Origin: Lytechinus pictus
Lineage: Eukaryota
DNA length: 64,000 nt
NCBI RefSeq assembly: GCF_037042905.1
Contig: NC_087251.1
Span: forward strand, 14,758,001-14,822,000
Reading direction: 5' to 3'
Shown piece by piece: positions 1 to 15,000 of this stretch (positions are counted from its first letter, which is position 1; each line of letters opens with the position of its first letter). Made by a program: the position numbers and the translations under genes. The notes below the pieces were generated by a model, which saw nothing but the letters and a program-made list of their open reading frames with translations, did not search any database and was not told the DNA's origin.

Positions 1-14
1 TGGCGATAACAACC
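1..14 (-). CDS. AQR: AQR exon (partial, GCYRH)
   Basis: cag acceptor at 17-15; continues DIAE|GCYRH. Confidence 0.85.
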
Positions 15-3000
15 CTGTAAAACAATGAAACACAATTCATTTTTTCCATTTTAATAAATAACATAAAATTCAAATAATTTGAGAATATGTTGGAATAATG
101 ACAATACATTGAAAGAAACATAATATTGTACAATTTCCTTAAATAGGCAATAAACCTCCTAAAAAAGATAAGTGAATTGTGAAATACATAACTACTATCT
201 CATGTCAATGCGACAGATGAGTAGGCAGACAAGTATTTGCCGAGGTGAGTCCTCATGTGAGAGTGAAGACCAGGGGGGCGTTTCATCAACATTTTCGTCC
301 GACAAGTTGTCAGATCTGACAACTTTTCTGGATTTTGATTGGCTGAGAAGCACTGTTACTAAAGTAACTGTCGGATAAATGGGAGTTGTCGGATAAAACG
401 TCTGACAAGTCCTTTTATGAAACGCTCCCCAGAGCTGCTGCAAGGGAAGGAATCCAAAGTGGGACTCCTCTCTCTTTTTTGATATATACCTTCATGGGAA
501 AATGCTCAAATTTGCCACAGCCATTTTCCATCCAATTTAGAATAGAATATCAACAGTCTCAAGAATTGTACAAAGAATTTTTGTAATGTGAGCGGAATAA
601 GAAAAAAAATCCATGTGAAGTAATGACAGAAACAATGAACATACCTCTGCAATGTCCATGCCCTGAGCATAGGTCTCCCCTTTGAAGACTGGTTGTGGGG
701 CATTCTCAAAGAACTTATGGAAAGGGAAGTGAGTGACAATGTCTTCTACTCCAACCTCCTTGCCTCCCTTAGGCTTGACCTTACTCAGAAACTTCTCCCA
801 TCGTGCTACCACCTGATAAAAGAATGACAAGGGTGATTATAAGGTCAAATATTAGGAGAGTGACATTACAGGAAACCCTATTTGACTGGTGAAATATTTC
901 ATGGAGATTCGACTGATTCACTCCTTTTAAAAAAACACAATCTTTTAACACAAGTAGAAAAAATACAGTAAGATATGTTAATAAAATATCAATTTCGAAG
1001 CCTTAATATTCCAGGTTCTTTATCCATCCATCTGAATATTATCTGTTACACCATGCTTGCTTACGTAACAAGGGGAACATCTACGTTCTGGTTCCATGGT
1101 TCCATATTTCATGAGGCAGAAGGCCAAATGGAATGTGGAACCAGAACTTAGATATTTCCCGTATTCTGTAATGATTTTATCTCTCTAAGTTTATCCTTAT
1201 ATTGTTGCAGAATAAGGGAAATAAAAATAAAAAAATTCCATAGATGTAAGCCTCTGCATTTTGTGAGTGAATCTCGAAAGAAAATTATTCATGACATCAC
1301 AATGATCACAGTAAAAAGAATGCACATTTTGCCAAAGAAATTTCTGCACAAATAGTAGTGCACACACGATGCTTAAATACGTTCCCATACCATGTAATAC
1401 GGTCTCATATCACATGGTTGAAATGAGCACCGGGCACGCGAGTAACAATGAAAACGATATTAAAACAGGTAAACATCAAATAAGTAAATACAGGTTTGTC
1501 TTACAAACAAATTGACCAATCAGATAACAGAACTCATGAACAAATGGCCCAGTTAGAGATAAACCTATATACCACAAAAATAAGAGTTTAACAGATTTCT
1601 TTCAAGCTTTGAAAATGTCTTTTATTTACTGCTGGACATTTCCACATGGGCAAGATGACTCCAGTACTAGAATTTACCTGATACAGATAGAAGTGACCAG
1701 CTGTCTCACAGGTGTATGCAACATCACCAGGAACTCCAAGACTCTCCTGTAATCTCTCTACCTCTTTGAGCAGCTCAAGACGACGGCCAAGGACATAGTT
1801 CACACGGCCATACCTGGTAATTGCACAAAATGAATTCCATTTAGGGCATGTTACAATACAAAGGGAATACTGCAACTTAATCTTGAACTGGTAACTATTT
1901 ACTTGTATCCTTAGTTCCAAGGAGATGTTTTACAGTGATTATTATACTACTACTAGTAACAATAATTGTTTATAATTGTTATGATCATTATTATCTTTAT
2001 CTGCCTAAAACCTACCAGAAGTGGAAACTAAATCAAGGAGAACAATGGATGTATTCCATAAAACACAGGGCAAGTAACAATAAGGAGGACCAAATCTACA
2101 TTAGGAAGGATTTTAAACAATTGGAGAGGACAAAACATTTCCCAGTAACATTTGGTATGAAGTGAAGGAAGTTTTTATCATTATCATTGTTTTCATTATC
2201 AGTATCATTATTATTAGTATCATCATCATTATAATTATCAATATCATTTATAGTATTTATATAATCCTCACATACCTGCTGAAATCTTTTTCTGTCTCGA
2301 GCGCCTCTTCACCATGACCCAACCTCAATAAATGCCTTTCATCGATATCTAAAGCCATGATCTTCTCAAACAACTGATTCAAAGCCTGATTAATACAAGA
2401 ACAAAAATCAATGGTCATTGCTTAGTATTAATCATATACAGAGAGGTTTATCAATATAGATTTATTTTGAGAGCAGATGTTTCATTAAACTGCCCATAAA
2501 TGTATGCAAGACTTTACAACAAATGACTTGAATATATGAAATCCCAAAATGCGAAGCCAGAGAGTTGGTTCTTTTCCAGCTGTTTATTGAAAAAAAAATT
2601 TGTTCAGATTGTGACAAAAACCATACTTGAAATTAACAACATATCTCTTTTGATTAACTGGCAGAAACTGGGAAAATAATATTTTTTCCAGTTGTGAGTT
2701 TTAAAACTGTTGGATATTGGCAACTTTTATGAAAGCATCCCCAGGTCACTTGCTCCACTGAGGGAGATTTTCTTGGGGGATAGTCTTTTTCTATGGGTCT
2801 TTCTTACCTGGTTAGAATGTGTGACTATAAGAGTCCTCTGCTCTGGGAAGTTATGATAGATGTTGGAGATAATCTGAACAGCAACATCTGTCTTACCAGT
2901 TCCAGGGGGTCCAACAACCTATCATCAAAACAGACAATTATATTTTCATCAATTTCTAATCAAAAAGTACATTGAAATGGTACTAAAACCTGAAAATACA

Positions 3001-6000
3001 GGTTTGAAGATATTACGTAAAAGAGTCAGGAAAATACTACTCCTAAAATTACAGTGGTTGTTTTACATTATTTTTGGAGAACCAATTGTATGCATTTCAT
3101 TATAAATATTAAAGATTGTTTTTCGATGCCATAATCACTTTACAGACAAAAGCCCAATATATTATAAAACTGATAGGTGTTGTAAGAAACTGAATCAAAT
3201 TACCATTGTAAGACCTGGTTGCATGCCCGCTCTGACTGCTTCTATCTGTGTTGGAGTAAACTGGATGGCATTCCTGTGAACACAGAGAATATGATCAAAT
3301 AGAAGAGATATTTGAATCCCTGCATCACTAATACTTTAATAAAAAGAAACAAAAGCAGTTTATTCATAAATTTCAAAACATCATTCAGCTGTTGGAGCAA
3401 TCATATTCTCTATTAACTGCATATCAATGGCTAAGAATTTAAATAATGTATTCACAAAACCATAACGAAGTAAACCAAGCCACTGAGTTGCTTGGGGTTA
3501 ATATCAACAAATTATGTATCATATAGTACTCATTCGTGAAGTTTCTAAGAGCTTTACAAAATAATTAATAACATGAGGGAAGACAGCATAACAGAATTAA
3601 ATATATGAAATGATTTGTTTGAAGATTGAGGAGGGAAAAACAGTCTCCTTTCTTGAATACAAATGGTAACACTGTACATGTAGATGTGTATTTTTATGAA
3701 ATGATATAAAATTTTTATTATATTGACTGACTTTTTTGGTTGGTTGTATGGATAAGGGCCTCTGTTAGGAATGATGTGAGGTTCAACGATGATTTCCTTC
3801 TTGGCTATCATCGGAGTGGTGTCATCCACCTTACGTTTCTTTCCTGTAGAACCTCCTTTCTCAGCTTCTGGAAATGTTATCCTGCAGTCAGAGAAAAGGG
3901 AGGGTAATCTATCTCTCTCTTTACAAAGAATCATAGGATATCATACTTCTTACCCCCCCCCCCACCACCACCATCAACACCACCACTGCTGCTGCCGCCG
4001 CCGCCACCGCCGCCACCATCATCACCACCACCACCACCACTACTACTACTACTGCTGCTACTACTTCTTCCTCCACCTCCTATTCTTACTTCATTTTACT
4101 TCTCCTCATTATTTTCCTCTCTTCCTTATATTTTCTCCTCCTCCTTCTACTGTTCTTCTTCTGCTATACTTTTCACTCTCCTCCTCTCCTTATCCTTCTC
4201 TTTCTCCTACTTGTTATCATTCCCTTTCATCGTCTTCTGTAAAATTGTCTCCTTCATTCCTGTTTTTGTCCTTATTGTCTTCATCTGCATCTTCATCTTC
4301 TTCTTCTTGGTCTTCTATTTTCATCATCTTTTCCTAAGATTAACAGAGGTATTCTCATGCATATGCTTAAAAGTAAGGGTGAGGATTTAAATCTGAATAT
4401 GAGCCTTCAGTTGTTCAAAATCACAAACCTGAAAGGAGGCACTAATTTGGCTGGGTCATCGGTTATTAACTTGACCATATGGTCTGGGAAGCTAGCCCTA
4501 AGATGGTCAGCATTCAAAAATGTGTCGTTCCAGTCCAAAGTTGAAATCTGTTTGGCCATCCTGTAAAAAAAATGAGAAGAAATTATCAATTTCACAGTTG
4601 TAAATTAAAAGATGAAGGGGTTGAATAATTGATTTAAGTTGTCATGTTCTTTACATTAACTCTGAATATGAACAATTTTGATACCACTCTCGTACCATTT
4701 TAACATTCGGATTTCGTCATTATTAGAGTAAAATTTATTAGAATGGTATGGAATGTACATTGAAATCCTCAAATAAACACTATTGGTGAAAGTGAAAGGT
4801 GACTTGGATGTTTTAGCTAGATCATTCTGAAGCCAAACTGAAGAAAGATAGCATATCCATTCATATTGCTGTGGAATGAACCCTATCTCATCCACTTATA
4901 AAATAAACTTTGCTATTTCTAAAGATAACGCTAATTTTCAAGAAGAACAAAATGAAACAAAGTCTAAATCCTATTTTTTAAATGGTCGAGAAATTAAACA
5001 AATATATGAAGAAAAACAACCAATAATTTTACTCCCTGAACACAAACAACACACATATTACATTATATTGACCATAAACCCCAAGGAAATAATAATTTAG
5101 TTCTTACTTGGAGTAATGAGCTGCTCCTGGATCCCCATACCCTAGAAGAATATCATGTAACCAGTCAGGTACTACACAGTCAGTATTCATCAGGTCTCGG
5201 ATAGTCTCCAGAACAGCCTACAAGAAAGGATCAGACAACATTACATATGCATTACATCCAAACCTATGACATGGGACTGAGGAACTATTTTTATTTTCAT
5301 TCTGTTAAATGAAATGTCATCATCCTGGCTACTGTTGTAATCAGAATTTCAAACTTTTAGGTCAGACAGGAATAGATTTAGCTTTATAGACTAAACAGTC
5401 AGACAGGAATAGATTTAGCTTTATAGACTAAACTGTCATTCATACATGTTTATTCAGATATCCAGGATGGAAAATTCCTTTCTCGATAGGTTACAAGAAC
5501 TTTTCAATTCTTCTGAGAGGCAAGTCTCAGTGTGTTGCAAACTGGCCCTGTTCACACTACTTACATGCCAGCTGTGCACTCTCAGGCACAGTGTACAGCA
5601 AACCTTGATATTACTGGTTGGTTTTCTAGACAGCTTTAAACTACCATTTCATGTTAGAGTATCTGATGTTCTTAATCAGACACTAGGAAAATGCTTGGCA
5701 TACCTCTCATTCCATCAGAATCCAATTATTCTAATTTCAACAAAGTTAATTCATTTCTTTAATGAATGTTTCCACATACCTTGAAATTGTTTTCCTTTGG
5801 CTTCCTCCTCATCATGATATTAAAGCTCTCATAAGCATCCTCAGACCCAGAGGAAGCTGTCTTGGCCATGTCCTTCTGGTATTGGTTAGGGTCTAGCCAT
5901 ACTCTGTAGGTTCTAGTGATACCTGGTAGATCAGGCTTGGGTTCTGGACCTAAACAAAAATATAAAGAGTAAATATGTGACAACATATCTGAAAACATTA

Positions 6001-9000
6001 CTTCTCATCATGATTTTAAAGCTCTCATACATTATTTCCTCAGCCCAAGAAGAAGCTGTCTAAGTCATGCAAAATAAAAACATTAATTTGATAATGAAAT
6101 AATAAGTTTGTTGACCTCAAATATATTTTTTAACGTGACTGAGAAACGAGTTAAATTTATAACATTTGTGATATCAAATTAATAACATGATAATGATGCC
6201 AACGAAAACGCCCCAGTCCCAACTGCCGCCGTCAGAACCATCGCTGTCGGAAAAGCAATGCCTAAAGTCACGCTCTGCTATGCAGACGAGACAAAATTGT
6301 AAGAATTAATTATAATTACCAACATTATTATCATAATTATTACTCGGTTATACAGAATCAAATCATATAGTAGAGCTCACCTTCTTCAATCACTTCTCCT
6401 TTCTCATTCAACATGCCTTCTACCTCACAACCTCTGATGTAAGCAAGTCCAACCTGATCAATGAAATGCTCTTTATTGGTGAAATGACTACCAATCTTCT
6501 TGGTTGGTCGGAGAGTTACAAGGAAAGCAACATCATGCTTCCGAAGAGCTGGATGGGGGAATGAATGGAATAAATGCAATTATCATGGACAGGTTAATAT
6601 TTACAGTGCTGATGCATACCTGCCAACCTTTGATAATAAAAAATCAGTATCAAAGTCACGAGGGCGCCGAGCGGGTCGCGCGCGAGATGGTTTCCCCCTC
6701 CCATGGTAGGGACTCTGCATTTTCTGCATGTAAAAGTAGCATTTCCCTACCCTTTTTAAAGCAAATTTACCCTCTTAACCATACCACAGGATGACCTACA
6801 TGTAACGTTAGTCTACTTATATGTAATATAATATCATTTATCAATCAAACATTAAAACAAGGGTCTTTAAGATATCACGTTTGTGACAAAAAAATACACC
6901 CAGTTTCATTCAGGTGTGATTTGTTTTCATTGAAATCTATATAGATTTAGGAATAATTTGATTTTGAGCATATTTTTGTAAGGCCCTCTATTGTTGGAAA
7001 GTTTCTGGAAAGATTCTCTTTTTAATCAGAAAAAAACTAATTTCAAGAATTCAATTGAGTTTTGGGCCAAGGGATATTTTGTATCATTAATTCAGATTCA
7101 AGTTGGCCTAGCCTACTGTATTAAAAACTGAGTGCAAAAAAATCTAACAAGTGATGGAATCACTTGAGTGACGCTGTCATCAACTCAACATCGACAAGCT
7201 CATTCAAGAAGGCCATTGACAGAGCTTTCTAATCCTCACCCCGCCCTCTCTCACCCGATGCGTTTATGCCCAGGAGGGCCCTGCATCGTATACATCCAGA
7301 TCCAGAACATTTATTTATCATTTATAATTATATCAAGTCTATCATATGCATCAAAATAAGCCAAACATTGTCATCTTATTCATGTTTATATTTCACCACA
7401 CAGGAGTAGTGACTGAGGACAAGGTTATATCATAACCTTTATTAGATAAGTGCTTGTTGGCATAAGAAAGCATATTTTCAGCCATGACAAAAACGGAGCC
7501 GAAGTAATACGGCGGAATACGCCCGACCCGCACCCACCACTGCACTTGCGGTGCGCCGATGAGACTGGGAGGCTGAGGCGCTGCAACTCGGGCGCCGGGA
7601 GTTTAGGCAAGCGAAGCAAGTAGATTTGGCGTTCGGCTCCGATGGATCAACTTGACTCGAAAGTTGATAATTGCCGCTTTCTTTCTCACAAATTTGACAA
7701 TTATTCGAAAAAATAAAGTACAGATCAATTTAACATTGCGTAGGGATAAACTTGAGTAACTACGGCAGAGCCTCCCGATGTGCACGGCGCGGCCGATCGG
7801 CCGGGTAAGCAGGCGCCGGTAAGCAGACTCATCAATGATATTACCAACACACTCTAGACACCAGTACACGACTCATTCACTAACTCATTCCACAATACAA
7901 AATCATCCGGCGAAAAGAGCAAAACCTCGAATAAAAAGTGAAATTTTCTTACTAAATCACCATATTTCGCGTCAAAAATATCACCATCCTTAATTCTATA
8001 CATCGTAGTTAGGAAACAAGGGGTCTAAAAAAGTGAATTTTTCACGGTTTTTCCGATGTTCGTGGATTTTGAAAACGTGTCCTCACTGAAAACTGGCACT
8101 TTCGCGAGCCGATGTCAGCCGCCATTTTGTTCCGGAAGTCAACGCTAATATCGGCCGCGCCGCTGTGGCCGCTGCTCGTAATTTTCACATGCAATTGCAA
8201 TGGAACTGTGCACTTAGCACTTAGCCGTGCGCCCCAGTTGTTTATGCGTTAGTCGTATGTTACAGCCGCTTATGCGTTAGTCGCATCATACAGCCGTTTC
8301 AATAATTTCAACACTATATTGATTGACCTAAAAATCGGAATTTTGGTTTAAAAATTCGGAATTCGGAATGGAGGCTAAAAAATCGGTATAATTCCGCCAA
8401 AATCGGAATGGTTGGCAGGTATGCTGATGGCATGTTTGTGAGACTACATTCGGAATTAACAATTTCTTCAGAAATCTTTGAAAATATATCAAATTTAACC
8501 CTTTCCACGCGTACTTTGCACCAATGCACACTCCGTGCCGTACAAACTTCGCATTTCACACTCAACAAACAATGCATTGTTTCCCTCCCTGAAAATAATT
8601 AAGTACAGATGGGTTCATGGTCCAGCGCTCAAAGAGTTAAAAGGATATACTGAACTTCTGAATTTTATTACCATTTACATGTATATGTGATGAAAGTCAA
8701 TAAACTAATTTTCTAAGATGTTTGTCAATTGAGCATTCCAATTATATGGAATCTCTTGACTGCAAATTTTAATACATTTTGATCTTTCTAATTTAGCAAA
8801 AATCTGGTGATAACATTGATTGTATCAATCAAATAGTACAAATGTTAGAAAAATTAACAGTTGTTGATTACTTACATTCCCATTCTGACTTGATATGCTC
8901 ACGGAGGTTAAGAGTCAAAGTAATATCAGCTCTTACACTTGCTGGGTGATTCTCACCAATGTTGGGTTTTGAAACCTGCAATGATCAAACCATCAAAATA

Positions 9001-12000
9001 ATCCTGTTTTAATAATCTACTGGAAAAAAAATATTATCTCAATCTGTTGTGTTTATAATAATATCTGTTTTAGAAAAGATGGGAACAATAAACAATCAAA
9101 AACTTGCACTATGAAAATAAAATTTTATATGATAGCATTTATTAGAAATTGGGATGAGAAATGTAAAAACTCAATGCTAAAAAACATAAAATCACTGAAC
9201 AAATCACAGACTCTTTTCTTTTTGTTTGTCTCCTTCCATATGAGAGCCAATACATATCAAAAACAAAATTTTAAACTAAAATCTCCTTTCAATTTGTATA
9301 ATATTCCAATGAAATTTTAATAGATCATGGGGGTTTCATACTAGTATTACGGGACATGGTGGTGATTTTTTACCTGATTGCTAAGAAAGCATAAATGCTT
9401 AGATAATTAAATGAATGAAATCATGCACTATGAAAATAAAATTTTATATGATGGCATTATTAGAGACAGTTTTGAGAAATGTAAAAACTAACTGCTTAAA
9501 AAACACAAAATCATTTAACAAATCACGGACTCTTTTCTGTACAAGCATATCTTGTTGAAAACTGCTCTATCATATAGAATATCTATGTATACATAATTTC
9601 TTACCTCAACTACAGAGAATGATGTGATCGGCTGTAAGAGAATTAAAAAAAAAGAAAATAAAACAATCCAAATTAATAAACATTTAAAAATGAGAGTGAA
9701 ATGTTAGCAGGAAGGGTGATATTGAATGTAAAAAAGGGTCTGTCATTATTAGATATAATGTATATTGATACAATCACCTGGTATTGAAAATAATTATGTC
9801 TTTATATGAGAATTGGCATATTATCAGTCATGATCACATGCATGTCTGGACAAGGCAGGTAAAAACAAGCAAAAAACAAAAATTTTCTTATAAATTGGAA
9901 CTGGACTTCAGTTATTCTGAAATGGAAGTCCATAATAAAATTAATAAAGCATAAATATCAAAGTCAGAACAGACATGGATGGACAAATGGATTGACACAA
10001 GATGAACGGACAGGCATATGGATCGACATACAGATTTATAATACTACTAATAATAACATGCACGTACAGTCAGATAATGCATGGTAGTAGAACACTTACC
10101 TGTGCCATACGAGCCCACCCTCCAAAGAAACAGCTCCCATCCTCAGCCTTCCAGGGTTTCATTCTTAGTACAGCATCCTCTATGTCCTGCCTTATCTCAT
10201 CTAAGAAGATAGTCAGCAAAATAAATCAAATACTTAGATTCAAATACTACTATTATAAGAGATAGTCTTTGAAAAAAAACCTATTGTACGACAGTCTTGT
10301 GATGCAACAGTTGTGCCACTTGTAGCATTCACATACTTTTGAAAAAATCTATCTACACTTTGCCAATCTGAGATGAGAACATCAAGGTGTTTGGCTTAAC
10401 AATTTATTTGACTTCACCACCTCATTTATTTAGCTATTACAAAACACCCAATTAAAACTCTTCAAAAATTCAATGTTTCAACAATTTGTAAGTAATTGGA
10501 GAAATCTGTTTGAATTTGGGGATGAAAAAGTAAGAATGTGACATCACCAGCGACGGATTTCACAAAGGGGTGAGCATGAATTGAAGTTGCACTTGAAAGG
10601 GAAGTTCACCCTGACAAAAATGTTAATGTAAAGATAGAAATAATAAATAATAAAAATATTCACGAAGATTTCAGGAAAATCCATCAAAGAATAAAAAAGT
10701 TATTAGAATTTTAATAATTGATTGGTGACGTCATATGCGAGCAGCATTCCTACATTGCGAATGGTAAAAAATCAATGAAATATTATTTTCTCTAAAAATT
10801 GAAAATTGTATTTATTGTACCATCAGCACATCAATAGACAAATCATTTCACAACTGCTCCTAAAAAGAAAAAAAATTAGTCATCACAAACCATTAAAAAA
10901 TTGAAATTTATGCATCTCATATTACATGACATATGGCCCAGCTACTTGTACATGACATCACTAATCAAAAACTTCAAAATCAAAATCAATAGCTTTCTTT
11001 TTTTTTAGATCATGCTCAACAATTTACATTGACAGCAATAATAATAGCAAATTTTTATAAAGCGCTTTTCCCTGAATGGCTCAAAGCGCGTTACAGCATA
11101 TTATTACCCCGGTCATTGGATTCATTTCAATCCCGCACGAAAAGTGCACAATATCCACTCCCTGGGGAGCATTCCTTGCATTCATCGCAGCCTCATTATG
11201 GCGCTGGCAAAATCAAACATACAATATCTTTCGCATCCTACCGGGTACCCATTTAGCACCTGGGTCGAGAGTGGCAAATTGTGGATTAACGCCTTGCCAA
11301 AGGACGCTAGACCGCGGTGGGATTCGAACACACGACCCTCTGTTTACAAGGCAAGAGTCAGAACCACTACACCACGGCTCTTCCACAATGACACATTCAT
11401 TCTGACACTTACATGTGGACTCTAGTCTGAAGAGATGAAAGTTTCTGAGTAGGTAGTCATGAAGAGTTAGCATCTGAAGATTCAATTTAGGAAGGGCAAG
11501 ACCACCTGAGGAGAGAAATAGTTTGAAGAAGTTTTATCCAGTTTTTCAGAACGTAGTAAACATTCATTCCTATTGTGATAATGATGATCAAATGAAGCCT
11601 CAAATATAAAAGACAAGACAGTTTTAGGATGCATAGTATAAATAAATACCAGCAAATACATTCTTTGAAAAAAAATATAAGAAATGCAATTTATTTTTTA
11701 TTTGGTTTAAAAGGATTGATAGTGAATCATACCTTCACCCGAATAGAACTCAGTAGGAACCACATTCTCATCCCATAGGATTTCTTCTGTTGGGTAGAGT
11801 GGTGTCTCATTCAAAGACTGTATTTGAGATATCCTTCTCTCATGATGGGACACCTGAAATAAAATATACAAATAATAAATAAAATCAATATAAAGAATAA
11901 CAATCAATAATTGAAATAATCTGCTTTTGTATAGCGCTTTAGTACATAGGGATGGCATCTCAGAGCACTCCAAAAGATTATTACACGTCATAGTTAGAGT

Positions 12001-15000
12001 GCCCGCACACAATGTATGCATATTCAACAGTCCTTGATGGACATTCCAGCAAAATCTTCAAATTAAAATGCTAAATTATGATATGAAAAAAAACAGAAGA
12101 TATAATTTTTATACATTGTTCTTACCATGAGATCTAAAAGGAAAGTCTTCTCTACCGTGGTTTCATCATCTTCACCAAGAGGATGCAGCAGATGCAAGAA
12201 AGCAGCAAAACGATGTAAGTCAGATGCACTGGGGTAGAGAAAGTATTTGAGATGGCGTTATCAATCATCTCAATTGGATTACATGATGCTGTGCATAATC
12301 AAAATAATAATAATAATAGTAATACATTAAATTTTCATTGCACTACTTCCAGTCAGATTAAATGCTCAGGGCACATTGAAAGAAAGGGGAAATAGGATGG
12401 GAATATATCCATCATTTAAATGGTCATTGCAACAAACACAATTTTAATTTGCTTTCAGAGGAACATGAAGGTTTTGTATATTTGAGACACTAAAAGAGTG
12501 GATTCTACAGGACTAGTCGTCCTGCGTGAGCAACAGTTTCCCAGTAACATTTTTTGGAGAGTGGCACATGTAAAAGGCATAGGCTGTTTTGGGGCGAATT
12601 ACGATGTAGCAAAACTTTGTATAGTCAGGGACTATATACCTGTTATCATTATGAAAAACAAAATATTGGGCATTTCTTTATGAGCAATTATCGAATTTTT
12701 CTTGGCAACAAATTGGAACTACTAAAATAAATTGATGAAAGTTGGGCAGTAAAATTTCTCATTTCAACAGTATCTATACAAAAACAACCCAGTTCCTGCA
12801 GGCAAAAGTTTAATATATAGTCAATATCAATAGTATGTACCTACCTTAGCTGTGTAAAATGCTTGGTCAATGTTTTTCGTGTGTCAATACTGGCAACATT
12901 TGACAATGCAAATCTCTTCAGCTCTGGAAACAGCTTGAATGCTGCTCTCTGCATTACAAAAAACATGAAGTTAGAACATTACAACCTGTATCTTTCACAC
13001 AAAATGCCTTTATGACATACTCTTCATTTCTATATCATACACTATCAAAAAATGAATTCAAACTTCGAGAATAACTAATCTTCAGATTTACCAAAAAATT
13101 ACTTCAGGCCTTGACAAATAAATCTGTTTTACCATTATTCAATTAGTTTTAACCTTACCTTCAATAAGACACTGTGATTGATTTGTATAAGAAAATGATT
13201 AAAATATGATCACAGTAAATACAATAGTCATAAGGTGTGCAGTGGCACTTCGTAGAGGAGGGCGTATGTACCTGTAGAGAGCTAATCCTGTCATAGTGTA
13301 TATCAGTCATTTCATGATCTGTAAGAGCTGTTCCTGTTGAATCCTTGATCTCAAATCCAGCATAGAATGTTAACATGTCCAGTAACTGTCATTAAAACAA
13401 AAATCAGTGTGATTGGCATAATGGTTTGGAAATAAAATATTGAACTAAGGTGGCTTGTCTGACATATGTGCCAACCCTGGCAGCCAGCCAAGAAAAAGAA
13501 ACAAATTACTAAGGAATTCCAAGAAATAGGAAAATCCTTAAATTTCCTTTTCAATGCTACAGAAAAAAATTCCACACAAATAGGAAGAAACATGTTAAAT
13601 TGGCAATTTTCTTTAAGTGTGCAATATGGACAAAAATAATCAAATGGAATAATACTACTACAAAATTCTAACTATCAAGTCCATGCAGAAATGAAATTCA
13701 TTGATAATTTACCTCACTGAATAGCTTGCCTTCATTCCTCTTTGCTAGTGCTGAGAGCCGACATCGTACAACTACATGGGCATCATCCATGACAGCATTG
13801 AAAAATCGCCTTGTTGGTAATTGAGCCTTTACAAATATAACAACAAATCAGGAATATTCAAAATCTTAGCAAATATTTGACACTTCACACTTCTACAGCC
13901 TTATTCAGAAAAGATTCAACAATATTTTCAGTGTCAAGACTTGGTGCCGTGATACACTTTATCCCACTTATGATGATAATAAACACACATACACGTATGC
14001 TTCAAGTCCCAAATTTTGTCCAAAGTGACTTCATTATATTTTGACTCGGGGAAACAGGGCCAAGCTGCCAACCAAAACGAAGGTGTCCATGGTAATAACC
14101 ATGATATAAAATATACCTTGGTTGTAAGGTTTTTTTATGAAAAAGGCCAAAGAATTATATTTATTTTCACAACATCCCCTCCCACCCCTACCTCTTTGAC
14201 AAGAAGTCACTTCCTTCTCAAGTGATAACCCTTTTCCATGAAATATTGAATCTGACCCTGCAAGGGATAAACTATGTGAGAATGACTATATGGTAAAATG
14301 ACAATTACATAATGATTGTGTCATGTACCATAAAATCAAGATGTATAGAAGAAGAACTGTAGTCTACAACAAAACAAGTATCATACCTCTAAGTCTACCA
14401 TCATCTCAACAAAGCGCTCACAGAAATGAACCTTGTCCATTGGTGCATCACCTGCAAACAAACAACAACAAAAAACAATAAAATGTAATAGAGTTTCAAA
14501 ATTCAAGTCTGTTTCTTCAGGAAGACATTTTATATCAATCTGCAGTGCTCTCTAGAATACAGATATGGTAAATTTTTGTAAGTTCTCTACAGAGATTTTT
14601 TTTTATCTATGTGGCAAGAACTAATGCTTTGCTTTTGGTTCAAATTCAGACTTCAAATGAAGGGGAAAAAGAAAATTAGAAAAATTTATACTGACAGCAC
14701 TTGTAGGGCAATAAGTCTGCTTGATCTATAAGTGGAAGCAACATCCGAAACAAATGAAATATAAGAGAAAACACTAGCTGTCATCAGTCATTCTTTTGTT
14801 AGATAACACAAATATCTAAATGTTTTATATTCACCTTCCTCTGGAATGGAATCAAGTATCGTGTAGAAAAGCTGAATCAACTCAGCAAGAAATCTCCGCT
14901 CAAAGTCATTCCTGTTATGATATGAAGTAAAAAAAAAAAAAGTAATGAAAGAGTAATACTGGATTACATACAACTACAAACATGAAAAGTAATCAAAATA

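Noticed and set aside
3789..4337. 182-aa plus-strand ORF rich in His/Tyr/Ser
   Set aside because: Translation of a compound microsatellite antisense to AQR.
7425..7869. GC-rich ORFs in the AQR intron as a nested gene
   Set aside because: Short, no recognisable domain, and inside the TIR/TSD-bounded element.
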